DNA of 64,000 bases from an uncultured virus (IMG/VR IMGVR_UViG_3300044624_001347) (IMGVR_UViG_3300044624_001347), one strand, 5' to 3'. Positions 38,165 to 48,532 are shown, counted from the stretch's first letter. The notes: generated by a model not told the origin, from the letters alone. Numbers and translations are program-made.

Positions 38165-39976
38165 ATGAATCTGCTCAAAGTCCAGGACGCCCTCAAAAAC
38201 GCTTCCGACCAGCAGCTTATGGCGCTGATGCAGGCTCCGGATAGCACGGCTCCGTCTTATCTGGTGCTGTCTGAAATCCGCCGCCGCAAGGACATGCGAG
38301 CCAAGCAGGCTCCCGAAGGCCAATCCAATCGCACTGTGGCAGAAGACCTTACTGCCCCACAGGAGCCTGTCGGAATCCAGGGCCTACAGGGCCAGGACTC
38401 GATGGACCCGGACGGCGTTGATGTTGCCGATGGCGGCGTGCCGGGCATGGCCGCTGGTGGGCTGGCGTCTCTACGTCGCTACCGAGAGGGTGGCGTTGTA
38501 CGGATGCAGGCTGGCGGGGGCATCGAGACGATGTCTGCCGATCAGCTTCGTCAGCTTCTCGGCCAGATGAGCGACCCTCGTTTTAGGCCGTCTGGGGTTA
38601 CTGCCACCCCGGACCAGATTCGCAGCCGCCTCGCAGACCTAGAGCAGCGCCAGGAGGATGTGTTCCTTCAGGCACCGAGGTCTCGTCTGCGGCAAGACCT
38701 TGGTACAATCGGCCAAGCCGTTCATGGCGCCGTTGGGTCTGGCGGTGAACTCATCTCGGGTGCTGGTCGGCTGGCTGCTGATGTCGGTCGCGCTGCAACC
38801 GAGTACGCTCTTGCCCCCGTTGAGCCGCGTTCTCCATTTCCGGAGGGAAGGTTCCCGGAGTCGGAGCCGGTTCGCGGTCAGTTTCTCGCAGAAGAGAGAA
38901 TCCCAGACCGCGATGAAGTACGCGGTCCTGACCTTGCCTCTCTGGCTGCCGCCCCAAGGCCGGGGTCTCAGGGACAGACTCGGCCCGGCGGAACCACGGC
39001 CCAGCCCACCACGACGCAGGGCGGTCAAGGTACGCCGGGCGGCGGCACGCCGGGCATTGAGGGTCTGAGGAATGCCCCTGCTGCCCTGCCTGAAGGCGGT
39101 CAGTTGCCGACGATGGCCGAGCTTATGCGCCAGAATGCGGCCCTCTTCCCTGACGGGATGGGCAGCATTCGAGAACGCATGCGTGAGGAGCGCGTTGATC
39201 CTGCTGCCCGTCGCAGCGAGGCGGTCAACATGGCTCTGATTGAGGCTGGCCTCCGTATCGCTGGCTCTCGCAACCCCAGTCTGATTGGCGCGATTGGTGA
39301 AGGCGCTCTGCCTGCCGTCCAGTCCTACGGTCAGCAGCTTGGTCAGATTCGTGCCGAGCAGCGGCAGGCTCGTCAGGACGATCTCGAACTGGCCAAGCAG
39401 GAGACTAACCGCCAGTTTGCGATTGGGCAGATCAGTGCTGCCGAATACCGCAGCCGGATGGACAACATCAACGCGAACATCCGGGTCAACGCTCAGGAGC
39501 GTGGCGCTAACGCAAGGCTTGCTGCATCTGAGGCGGCTGCCACACGTCGCGCTGCCGATGCTGCTGCCGCCGCCGAGGCGGCTGATCTTCGTCGCGGCTA
39601 CGTTTCTCCGGAACGCTGGGCTCGCATGGGTACGGAGGAGCGCGCCGCTGTTGAGCGCAACCGCACCCTTGGCCGTCCGCTCGACACGTCTGGCGCGTCT
39701 TCCGCACTGAACGCGACGCTTCAGGACATCAACAGGATTGCGACGCAGATCGACACTCTTGGTCCGCGTCCGACCAGAAACTTTGCTGAGTGGGATCGCA
39801 ACAACGCATCTCTTCAGCAGCGCCTTCGTGATGCCGAAGCGCGCCGTCGTCAGCTTGAGGACATTGTTGTCTATGGTCGCCCTCGTGAGGGGGCTGGCGG
39901 ATCAGCGTCTGGAACTACTAATCTTCCGTCCGGAGCGCGCATTGAGAACGGTAGGTACGTACCGGCTGGGAGCTAA
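38165..39976 (+). CDS. Putative ejection protein
   Basis: 603 aa, helical, Ala/Arg/Gln-rich; MAAGG/YREGG/MQAGG motifs. Confidence 0.65.
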   Translation: MNLLKVQDALKNASDQQLMALMQAPDSTAPSYLVLSEIRRRKDMRAKQAPEGQSNRTVAEDLTAPQEPVGIQGLQGQDSMDPDGVDVADGGVPGMAAGGLASLRRYREGGVVRMQAGGGIETMSADQLRQLLGQMSDPRFRPSGVTATPDQIRSRLADLEQRQEDVFLQAPRSRLRQDLGTIGQAVHGAVGSGGELISGAGRLAADVGRAATEYALAPVEPRSPFPEGRFPESEPVRGQFLAEERIPDRDEVRGPDLASLAAAPRPGSQGQTRPGGTTAQPTTTQGGQGTPGGGTPGIEGLRNAPAALPEGGQLPTMAELMRQNAALFPDGMGSIRERMREERVDPAARRSEAVNMALIEAGLRIAGSRNPSLIGAIGEGALPAVQSYGQQLGQIRAEQRQARQDDLELAKQETNRQFAIGQISAAEYRSRMDNINANIRVNAQERGANARLAASEAAATRRAADAAAAAEAADLRRGYVSPERWARMGTEERAAVERNRTLGRPLDTSGASSALNATLQDINRIATQIDTLGPRPTRNFAEWDRNNASLQQRLRDAEARRRQLEDIVVYGRPREGAGGSASGTTNLPSGARIENGRYVPAGS

Positions 39977-39979
39977 CTG

Positions 39980-42900
39980 ATGCGGACCATTGATGTCCCC
40001 GGCGTCGGGCCGATTCAATTCCCCGACACGATGTCTGATACCCAAATTATCCAGGCAATCGAGCGGGACATCCTTCCTGGCGTTAGGGGCAGAACTCAAG
40101 TTGCCCCCACCATGCCGCTTGATGGCGCTCCTGTCGGCCAGGGTTCCACGATGGAGCCGGTCCCTGAGCGTGGGCTCTTCGGCACTATCGGCGCTCGTGC
40201 CGCTGATGTGGGCGGCTCTCTCGTTTCCGGCGCTGGTAGCGTTGCCACTGGCATTGGCGGTCTAGGCGGCGTCCTTGGCCTCACTGGCTACGACAACGTT
40301 CTAACCCGGCTTGGCCGTCGCGGCGCTGAGTTCGGGGCAGAACTCATGTCGCCCGAGCTTCGTAATCAGCGTCGTGCCCTGGCTGACGCCATGAAGGAAG
40401 CTGAGGAGCGGGGCCTTGCTGCTGAAGCCGGTGCTGCCCTCAGCACGCTGGCGAGCAATCCTAGCCTGCTCTTCTCTATGGCGGTCGAGCAAATCCCTGC
40501 CTTCGTGCTGAGTGGTGGCGTTGGCCGTGCCGCGACTGCCGTTGGTCAGATTGGCGCTCGTGGCGCCGCTCGTGCTGGTACTGCTGCCGTTGATCGTGCC
40601 GGTCAGGTCGGCGCTATCGGCACTGCGGCCAGCCTTCAGACGGGCGGCATCGCAGACCAGACCTATCGGGAGGTGATGGACCTCCCCGAAGAGACCATCG
40701 CCCGCAGCCCCAACTACCAGCAGCTTCTTCGGAGCATGTCGCCTGCCGAGGCGCGTGACGCGATTGCCAATCGTGCCGCCCGTGAAGCTGCTGCCTTGGG
40801 TGGTGGTATCTCCGTTGCCGCCATGACTGCACTACCGAGTGCCGAGAAGGCGCTCTTCACTCGTGGCGTCTCTCAGAGTGCCGTGCGTCGTGCGCTTGGC
40901 GTCGGCGGCGCTGAGGCTGTCTCTGAAGGTGTCGAGGAGGGCGGCGGTCAGTTCGCTCAGAACCTTGCTGTCCAGAGGCAGGCTGATGCAGAGCGTGATC
41001 TTCTTCGTGGTGTCGGTGGTGCTGCTGCTACTGGCGCTGTGCTTGGCGGCGTCATGGGCGCTGGTGCTGGCGCTCTTCAGCGTGCGCCTCTGCCTCCCTC
41101 GACGGAGCCGGGCGCTGGCAACCTGACGCCGGAACTTCAGCAGGCGATCAACGAGTACGTCGCTAACCGCGAGCCTATGACTGAGGGGCAGAATCTTCTG
41201 CCTCGTGAGCGTCCCGTCGTTGATACGCCGGTCGGCAACCTCACTGTGTCTCAGGCCATCCGCTACTTTGAGCGTCGGTTCCCTGAGCTTGCCACCCTGG
41301 ACGATGTTCAGGAGAAGATTCGTGTAGGTCAGACGCTTCTCGCCCAGGAGCAGGAAGGTCGCGCTGCTGGTCGGCAGGGTGTGGAAGAGGGCCGCTACCG
41401 CAGGGAGATTGCTACCAGCCCTGAGACAGAAGAAGCCTTTCGTCTTGCTGAGATTCAGAGACAGGCTGGTCGCCGTGCGGAAGATGTCATTAGTCGCGTC
41501 CCCCTTGAGAGGGAAACTCCATACGCTGCCGGGCGTCGTGCTGAGGCAGAAGAGGCATTTCGCGCCGCTGACATTCAGAGGCAGACCGGGCGCCGTGCCG
41601 AAGAAGTCACTGGCCGCGTTCCCCTTGAGAGGGAGACTCCGTATGCCGGTGGTCGTCGCGCTGAGGCTGAACAAGCATTCTCTGATGTAGAGCGTCAGCA
41701 GAAGCTTGGCTCTGTTCCCAGCGTCAATGTTCTTCGGCGCGATCTTCAAAAGGAAGAGCGCGAGATTCGAGAGCTTACGAAGGCTCGCGATAAGGCTCAG
41801 GTTCGCCTTCGTCAGATCGAGCGTGCGCCTGTTGTTAATGCCGTTGCCCGTGAGGGCGTTCAGGCTGAGATCGACCAGCTTACCCAGCTTATCGCCGGGC
41901 GTGAGCAGATTCGTCGTGACATTGAGGCCCGCATCCCCGAGGTCGAGCGTCAGGTAACGGCACGGGAAAACCTCCAGGCTGATGCCCAGGGTGCGTTTGA
42001 TATCGCCCAGGCTGACCGTGAAAGACTTGCGCGGCAGAGGCAGGCTCCCGGCATTGAGATTCCTTCCGGCTCTGGCGTTCCCGACACAATCCCTCAGCAG
42101 ACGGACGACACTCGCGCTGGCGCTCCACAGATCACCGGCCAGCGTTACCTCCTGAACCCCGTCTATAACGAGCGTGGTGAGCTTGAGGGCGGTGAACAGG
42201 TTCTCGATATTCTGCCGTCCGATAACTTCGGGAATGTCCTGGCGATTGTTGAGCGCCAGAGAGGCAACATCACCGAGCAAGTCCCCGTCGAGACGACGAT
42301 GGACGAGCTTGTTCAGATGCCTGTGCGCGATACCGCACGCATGACGCAGGAAGCCACCGCTGCTGCGGTTGGCCCGGAACAGGTTGCCGGTCGTCGTGGT
42401 CGTGGGGTTGATCCTCTGGGGCAGGACCTTCAGCCCCGCCGTATGGCGAACCGCCAGGGTCCGGAGGCTTCTGCCCGTGTGACAGGGGAGGCTCAGGCCG
42501 CTCCTGAAGCTGAGGTCAGCGAGGCTGATTCTCGCGCGACCAAGCGCATCGAAGCCCAGAACAGGATCAACAAGCTCTACCTAGACAAGCTCAAGGGCAT
42601 GGGTGCCCAGGGCCGTCTGCTTCGTAACGCGCTGGTGCAGGCCCTGAAGGACCGCACCATGTCGGCGGGTGAAGTGTACACGGCGTTTGTCTCGGCGGAT
42701 AAGTTTGCTTCTCTCCTTCCTGCCGGTGCGAACCATCGCATCGAGTTCGTGAAGGAGATTCTGCCCACAGCCGAACTTGCTGAGGCGATCCGCCGCAGCG
42801 GTGGTGATCCCACCAAGCCGTTGCAGGGTCTTCGTCAGCGTCCTTCCCCCGAAGGTTTGCCGGGTCTCATCAGGATATCTCTGGCTCCAGAGATGTTGCC

Positions 42901-45900
42901 GATGCTTGGCGAGACGGTGGCACACGAAGCCTTCCACGTCCTTCAGGACTACTACGGCAAGTTCGACGCCCAGTTCAAAAAGCTGATGGACCAAGGCTTC
43001 CGCGATGGCATGTCCATCTCGGACCTTGAGCCGACGATCCGTCGCAAGCTGCAACAGATCGCTTATCCTGGGGCGCGCGACGACAAGGGCAGGCAGAGGA
43101 GCTATTGGGATTATCTGACGGCCACTGTCCCCGGCACCCTGACTGCCAGGGAGGCACAGGCTTACGCCTTCGGCGCCCTTGCCGACGCGGCCCGTCGCGG
43201 CGCTCCCATGTCTGGGCTGAAGCCTGCCTTTGCTCGCTTCGTTAATGTCATCAAGAACTTCTTCTCGAAGTTTGGCAGCCAGCTTCGTGGCGATGGATTC
43301 CAGACGGTTGAGGAAGTGCTGGGCCGCGTGTCTCGTGGCGATGCTCGTCGCTTTGATGCGATGGCTTCCCCCACTGCTCGTGACATCGCCACGTCTGGGC
43401 CTGAGCTTTCCGCCCGCTCTGAAGGCGGGATGACCGAAGAGCAGTTCGAGGCTTCCGCTCGCGCGACCAACACGTCCGTTCCTGAGTTCAAGAACTGGTG
43501 GAATGGCGGGTGGCGCGGGGAGGGTGTTCGGGTTGGGCCTAGCACCGCCGCAAATCCTGACGGCTCGCCTGTGAACTTCTATCACGGCACTCAGAGAGGC
43601 TTCACTAGGTTTGGTGAAGCTCGCAGCGGCGCCTATGGTCTCAATGAAGGCCCGTTCTTCTTCTCGCCTGATCCCGACTTTGCTGGCGACTATGCCATCT
43701 CAGAGATGTTTGCTGGCGGCGACAATCGGCGCGCCACAGATGGTCAGCGCATGCTGCCCGTGTATCTGTCTGTTCAGAATACCTTCAACGCGACAGACCC
43801 CCGTCTTCGTCAGGATTTGCTGGACTACGTTGATACCGGCCTGGACGATGGCACGATTGACTGGCGTGATATCGTTGGGAACAGGACTCGCGCCAGCTAT
43901 CAGGATCAAATCGACCGGGGCGAACTCACTGAGTACAAGGCCGCTGGTCGTGCATTCAGGATGTTCAAGCTTTTCCTTGAGAAGGACACGGATAACTGGC
44001 CAGCTTTGGAGACCAAGGCTGCCCAGAAGTACATCCGCGACAACGACTTCGACAGCTTCTATGTGAGGGAACTGGGCACCGAGAACATCGCTGTCTATGA
44101 CCCACGGCAGATCAAGTCGATCTTCAACAAGTTCGAGACTGGGGCAGCAACCGAGCCTGAGTTCTCGGCGCGCTCTCCCCTTGCGGCTGATCCTGCCTTT
44201 GCTGTCATGCGAGACAAGCTGACTGGCAAGGAGATGGACAAGCCCAACGTCTTTGCTGACGGGCTTCGTAGGTTTGTTGGAGCCCTGCCGGGCGAGAAGC
44301 TTTCTTCTGCCCTCGTGCGGACCTCCGTCAATCGCGCTGGTGCAGGGTGGATGATTGACACCCTGTCTAAGCAAAAGGGCATGACCGTCAGGAATGTCGG
44401 TCAGGCTATGGAGATCGCGCTCAACAACAGCGGTCGCGTTCAGATGTACCTGAACCACGGCCCACTGGCCTACGATCCGAAGACTGGCGACGTGACTGTG
44501 CGCGATGACGTGCCGGGCCTCATCGACGCCATCAAGGGTAAGCTCAACGTTGCAGACAAGAGGGAGGCGCAAGCCTATCTCGTCGCTCTTCGTGAGCGTG
44601 ATCTTCGTAAGGCAGGGAAGAAGGGCTTCTTCAACCTGACGGACAAGGAGATGAACTCCATCATCTCCAAGGCTGAGGCGGCGCATCCTGAGTGGAAGCA
44701 GATGGCTGCTGACATTCAGCGCATCAACAAGGCGCTGCTCGACTTTGCCGTAGCCACTGGAACTCTTGATCGTGCCAAGGCTGATCAGCTTGGCAGCATG
44801 TTCTACACGCCGTTCTACCGGCAGGCCGACGAAGATGTGAAGGACGATTCAGACGCGGTGGTTGGGCCTCGTCTGTCTCAGAGCCTCACTCGCGTTAAGA
44901 GCGCCTTCGATGTCAGCGTGAAGGGCGGTGAGAATCCGCTTGGCGATCTGTTCGAGAACATGATCCGCAATGCCGACGTGATCATGAAGGCTGGCATGAA
45001 GAACGTCGCCATGAGCAAGGCGGCTGAGGCATTGCAGGATGTTGGCCTTGGTCGCCCCGTGAAGACGCGCGAGACGGGCAAGACGATCACCTACCGTGTT
45101 AATGGGCAGGATAAGCACTTCGAGGTTGATGACCCTGCCTTCTACATCGCTCTTGCTGGTGCGCCGCGTGAGTTCACGAACGGCATCTATCAGACGATGG
45201 CGACGATGGCGGGCTTCTTCCGCGACATGGTGACGCTGGCGCCGAGCTTCATGCTGGCGAACCTGTGGCGTGGTAAAATCATGGCGTATGTGCAGGAGGG
45301 AACTCCCCTCTATGCAAATACGTTCGATGGTCTGAAGCAGGCCCTTCAGTCTAGCGCATCCTACAAGGCTATCGCCGCACAGACTGGCTTCGGCGGCTAC
45401 ACCTACGGCATGGGCGAGCGTGATGCTGCTGCCGCCTTCGAGCGTGAGATTGCCGGGCTTGGCTACGGCCCTGGCGGTCTGATGCGTCGTACCTTCGATG
45501 CGCTTCAGAAGGCGAGTGAGGCCACGGAAATGGCCGAGCGCATCAAGATTTATGAGCGCATGAAAGCCCAGGGGATGAGCGACAAGGACGCTGCATTCCA
45601 GGCTTATCTCCTTGCCCCGTTCTCTCGCAGGGGCATGGGCGGCGGCTGGATCGGCTCTACCGTCAACTGGCTCGTGCCTCTTGTGCCGTTCTTGAACGCC
45701 AAGATTCAGGGCATGTATCGCCTCATCGAAAACGAGAAGGGCGACACGCAGAAGATTTGGACGCTTGGTCTTCCCAAGCAGATGCTGCTGCGTGGCCTTG
45801 TGGTCATGGGCCTGTCGCTGGCACTTTTTGCCAAGAACATAGGGGATGAGCCCGAGCGTTGGGACAACGAGAACCCTGATCTCAAGTTCCGATACGACAT

Positions 45901-46756
45901 CATCTATCTGCCAAACGACAACAGGATTCTCCTGCCCCGAGCGTTCGAGGTGGGCTCCGTCTTTGGTGCGCTGCCCGTCTTTATCCTCGACGCCATCCGT
46001 CGCAATGACAGCAGGGACTTGAGCAAGGCGCTGGCCGATCTCGGCACCTCGACCTTCTTCTTCAATCCGATCCCCCAAGCTGCTGTGCCTATGCTGGGTG
46101 CCTTCACGAACTACGACTTCTTCCGTAGTCGCTCGCTTGAGACGGCTGGTGATGCGAGCAAGCTCCCGCAAGAGCGCGTCAACCGCAGCACGAGCGCCGT
46201 TGCCAAGGCTATTGGTGAGACGTTCGGCGTCAGCCCGATCCGGGTTCAGTATGTGCTGGAGGGATACTCGGGCACGATTGGCTCGTCTGTTTTGGCTGGC
46301 TTCGACAGCATCCTTGCTTCCTTCGGGATGATCCCCGGCAAGCCTGCTGGCGCCTTTGGTGATCCGATGAGCATGCCCGCCATCGCGGCTGGTCTGACTG
46401 GCGTGAGCCGCTTCTATCGGAGCGACGACCAGAGCGCGACCCGCTTCATTGGCGACTTCTACAAGATCAAGGAGATGACCGATCAGCTTGTGCGGTCTCA
46501 GAACATGGCTATGGAGACACGCGATCTTGATCGGTTGGCAGAACTCCGTGGTGATGCGGGCCTGCCTCTGCGTCTGAGGCCGATGGTCAATCAAGCCTCG
46601 ACGCAGATCACTGAAATCAACAAGCGCATTGCCAGGATTGAACGCAGCGACCTAACCTCTGTGGAGAAGACTGAAGCCCTTCGTCCTCTGAGGGAGCAGC
46701 GTGATCGTGTGGCAAGGCGCGTTGTTGAGAGGGCAAGGGATATCGGAGCCTACTAG
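39980..46756 (+). CDS. Large polyvalent virion protein (zincin HExxH, ART-PolyVal-like and LPD38-like regions)
   Basis: 2258 aa; VAHEAFH; FKNWW...FYHGT...FFFS..PDFA..YA...PVYL...IAVYDPRQIKS; LPRAFEVG...NYDFF. Confidence 0.85.
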   Translation: MRTIDVPGVGPIQFPDTMSDTQIIQAIERDILPGVRGRTQVAPTMPLDGAPVGQGSTMEPVPERGLFGTIGARAADVGGSLVSGAGSVATGIGGLGGVLGLTGYDNVLTRLGRRGAEFGAELMSPELRNQRRALADAMKEAEERGLAAEAGAALSTLASNPSLLFSMAVEQIPAFVLSGGVGRAATAVGQIGARGAARAGTAAVDRAGQVGAIGTAASLQTGGIADQTYREVMDLPEETIARSPNYQQLLRSMSPAEARDAIANRAAREAAALGGGISVAAMTALPSAEKALFTRGVSQSAVRRALGVGGAEAVSEGVEEGGGQFAQNLAVQRQADAERDLLRGVGGAAATGAVLGGVMGAGAGALQRAPLPPSTEPGAGNLTPELQQAINEYVANREPMTEGQNLLPRERPVVDTPVGNLTVSQAIRYFERRFPELATLDDVQEKIRVGQTLLAQEQEGRAAGRQGVEEGRYRREIATSPETEEAFRLAEIQRQAGRRAEDVISRVPLERETPYAAGRRAEAEEAFRAADIQRQTGRRAEEVTGRVPLERETPYAGGRRAEAEQAFSDVERQQKLGSVPSVNVLRRDLQKEEREIRELTKARDKAQVRLRQIERAPVVNAVAREGVQAEIDQLTQLIAGREQIRRDIEARIPEVERQVTARENLQADAQGAFDIAQADRERLARQRQAPGIEIPSGSGVPDTIPQQTDDTRAGAPQITGQRYLLNPVYNERGELEGGEQVLDILPSDNFGNVLAIVERQRGNITEQVPVETTMDELVQMPVRDTARMTQEATAAAVGPEQVAGRRGRGVDPLGQDLQPRRMANRQGPEASARVTGEAQAAPEAEVSEADSRATKRIEAQNRINKLYLDKLKGMGAQGRLLRNALVQALKDRTMSAGEVYTAFVSADKFASLLPAGANHRIEFVKEILPTAELAEAIRRSGGDPTKPLQGLRQRPSPEGLPGLIRISLAPEMLPMLGETVAHEAFHVLQDYYGKFDAQFKKLMDQGFRDGMSISDLEPTIRRKLQQIAYPGARDDKGRQRSYWDYLTATVPGTLTAREAQAYAFGALADAARRGAPMSGLKPAFARFVNVIKNFFSKFGSQLRGDGFQTVEEVLGRVSRGDARRFDAMASPTARDIATSGPELSARSEGGMTEEQFEASARATNTSVPEFKNWWNGGWRGEGVRVGPSTAANPDGSPVNFYHGTQRGFTRFGEARSGAYGLNEGPFFFSPDPDFAGDYAISEMFAGGDNRRATDGQRMLPVYLSVQNTFNATDPRLRQDLLDYVDTGLDDGTIDWRDIVGNRTRASYQDQIDRGELTEYKAAGRAFRMFKLFLEKDTDNWPALETKAAQKYIRDNDFDSFYVRELGTENIAVYDPRQIKSIFNKFETGAATEPEFSARSPLAADPAFAVMRDKLTGKEMDKPNVFADGLRRFVGALPGEKLSSALVRTSVNRAGAGWMIDTLSKQKGMTVRNVGQAMEIALNNSGRVQMYLNHGPLAYDPKTGDVTVRDDVPGLIDAIKGKLNVADKREAQAYLVALRERDLRKAGKKGFFNLTDKEMNSIISKAEAAHPEWKQMAADIQRINKALLDFAVATGTLDRAKADQLGSMFYTPFYRQADEDVKDDSDAVVGPRLSQSLTRVKSAFDVSVKGGENPLGDLFENMIRNADVIMKAGMKNVAMSKAAEALQDVGLGRPVKTRETGKTITYRVNGQDKHFEVDDPAFYIALAGAPREFTNGIYQTMATMAGFFRDMVTLAPSFMLANLWRGKIMAYVQEGTPLYANTFDGLKQALQSSASYKAIAAQTGFGGYTYGMGERDAAAAFEREIAGLGYGPGGLMRRTFDALQKASEATEMAERIKIYERMKAQGMSDKDAAFQAYLLAPFSRRGMGGGWIGSTVNWLVPLVPFLNAKIQGMYRLIENEKGDTQKIWTLGLPKQMLLRGLVVMGLSLALFAKNIGDEPERWDNENPDLKFRYDIIYLPNDNRILLPRAFEVGSVFGALPVFILDAIRRNDSRDLSKALADLGTSTFFFNPIPQAAVPMLGAFTNYDFFRSRSLETAGDASKLPQERVNRSTSAVAKAIGETFGVSPIRVQYVLEGYSGTIGSSVLAGFDSILASFGMIPGKPAGAFGDPMSMPAIAAGLTGVSRFYRSDDQSATRFIGDFYKIKEMTDQLVRSQNMAMETRDLDRLAELRGDAGLPLRLRPMVNQASTQITEINKRIARIERSDLTSVEKTEALRPLREQRDRVARRVVERARDIGAY

Positions 46757-47058
46757 GAAGTAGGCTCCTTGTTGGCGATCTCCTCCATAATGGAGGCATA
46801 GCCAGCGATATCAACGTGGCTGTCTTGGTGGCCCGGCGAGTGCATCAGCCGGGCTACCTTCACCAGCAGCATCATCATGGCCGCGTCGTAGGCGTTGATC
46901 TCGGGACTGTCGTAGTTGGGGTTCTTGCGGCTCTCCACCATCCAGTAGGTCCAGAGGGCAGCAATTCTCTTGTGGTTCTCCGTCTTGTCGCCGTAGTCCT
47001 CGGCGCGCTGACCGCCAACGAGTTCGGCTGCGTGAAGCAGCATATCAGAAGCTTTCAT
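46753..47058 (-). CDS. DUF6378-like protein
   Basis: GQRAEDYG...NHKRIAALW...MMMLLVKVAR...HQDSHVDIAGYA. Confidence 0.8.
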   Translation of the reverse strand: MKASDMLLHAAELVGGQRAEDYGDKTENHKRIAALWTYWMVESRKNPNYDSPEINAYDAAMMMLLVKVARLMHSPGHQDSHVDIAGYASIMEEIANKEPTS

Positions 47059-47476
47059 TCTCAAACCTCTCCTTGAGTTCCTTGAAGCGTTCACGGGCCT
47101 GTCTGTTATCTTTGAGTTCTGCCCTACTCTCCACCTCACAGAATGCTTTGAGCCCTTCGGTGCATTCCTGCTCTGAGGTGCCGAAGGCATAGCCGTTGTC
47201 CATCATCCACTTCTGGAACTTGATGTTGCGGCAGAGCATGCCTGCGGACTGAACGGCGCGCTCGCCGTCTTCCATGTCCTTGCCTTTGACGGGCCGGTCA
47301 TGGTCATCGACGGGCAGCATTCCGACCATGTATCGCGTGCCGGGCCGGGCGGCGAGAAGATCGACCGGCACTTCATCCGGGTGGATGGTCAGGGTCATGT
47401 ATGTCCCTTTTCCATCCTGCCGCATGGATGTCTTGATCGCCTCGAACTTCAGCCAAGGCTGTTTGGGTTCTGCCAT
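47045..47476 (-). CDS. Phage hypothetical protein
   Basis: FEAIK..MRQD...LTIHP...GTRY...AGMLC...FQ...C.VESRAEL; AAAGG RBS just past the array end. Confidence 0.75.
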   Translation of the reverse strand: MAEPKQPWLKFEAIKTSMRQDGKGTYMTLTIHPDEVPVDLLAARPGTRYMVGMLPVDDHDRPVKGKDMEDGERAVQSAGMLCRNIKFQKWMMDNGYAFGTSEQECTEGLKAFCEVESRAELKDNRQARERFKELKERFENESF

Positions 47477-47500
47477 TCTAGACCTTTCGTTCGCTTTTCA

Positions 47501-48520
47501 TGGCGCTCTCGGACGTGATGCCTCTCTCAACTCCGATGGTACTCTCAAGGCACTTGGATCACTTCCTCAAATTGGAGCTCTCTGCATCAGTGGTTCACTT
47601 GTCGATTATGGAACTCTCGTCTGCGATGGTTCACTCGTGATCGCTGGAACTCTCGGCCTCAATGGCTCACTCATTGTCTATGGAACTCTCCACTGTGATG
47701 GTTCACTCTCAGGGTGCGGAACTCTCTACCCGGATGGTTCACTCAGGGGCCTAGGCGCTCTCGCTAGACTTGGTTCACTCCTTCGTAATGGAACTCTCCG
47801 AACCAGTGGTTCACTCACTTACGATGGAACTCTTGACGACGATGGTTCACTCCGGCGGGATGGTACTCTTACGCCTAATGGATCACTCCAGTCTTCTGGA
47901 ACTCTACCTTGGTAGTGGTTCGATCTTAGACCGTGGAACTCTCTGGTCTCATGTCTCACTCAGGAACGTTGGCGCTCTCTGTCAGTGCGGTTCACTCTCG
48001 AACGATGGAACTCTCCCTATGGTTGGTTCACTCCCTCCTTTTGGCGCTCTCTGGTCAATTGATTCACTCCCGAAAACTGGAACTCTCGTAAGTCATGGTT
48101 CGATCCGTGCTATGGCGCTGTCGCATTCCAAGTCTCGTTCGGGCCATATGGAACTCTCCTACGGTTTGACTCGCTCGATTACCATGAAGCTATCTTAGGC
48201 ACTGGCTCACTCTGCTACGGTGGCACACTTATGTAGCGTGGTTCACTCCGACGACGCGGCACTCTCGCTTTCAATGGTTCACTCTCCACACTAGGCACTC
48301 TCATGCTCAGTGGTTCACTCGCAGTGGTTGAGACTCTTTCGTACCTTGGTTCACTTTTCGTCTGTGGAACTCTCAGCCATGATGGTTCACTCACGCGAGA
48401 TGGCGCTCTCTCATATGTTGGTTCGTTCGTCGCTTGTGGAACTCTCGCGCCGCCTAGACTCACTCACTCGTCCTGGGACTTTCTTTTTCGTCTGGTTCGC
48501 TTTCCGTTTCTGGTACTCTC
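47501..48520 (-). ncRNA. TIGR-like dual-repeat/dual-spacer guide-RNA array (about 28 x 36-nt units)
   Basis: On the + strand, TGGAACTCTC-like and TGGTTCACTC-like 10-mers alternate every 18 nt with unique 8-nt inserts; starts 12 nt downstream of the Nop-domain gene stop. Confidence 0.9.
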
Positions 48521-48532
48521 CTGAAAGTTGAC

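Noticed and set aside
12832..46594. Long - strand ORFs opposite the structural genes (e.g. 12832-14970, 40832-42280, 44849-46594)
   Set aside because: Antisense shadows of high-GC, codon-biased real genes, with no recognisable motifs.
47501..48520. CRISPR array
   Set aside because: Repeats (10 nt) and spacers (8-9 nt) are far too short, two repeat types alternate, and there are no cas1/cas2 or Cas effector genes.
47274..48531. + strand ORFs with GTL/GSL hexapeptide periodicity, read as a repeat protein
   Set aside because: They arise from the 18-nt period of the array. Single-base indels and stops break the frame, there is no RBS, and they oppose the operon direction.
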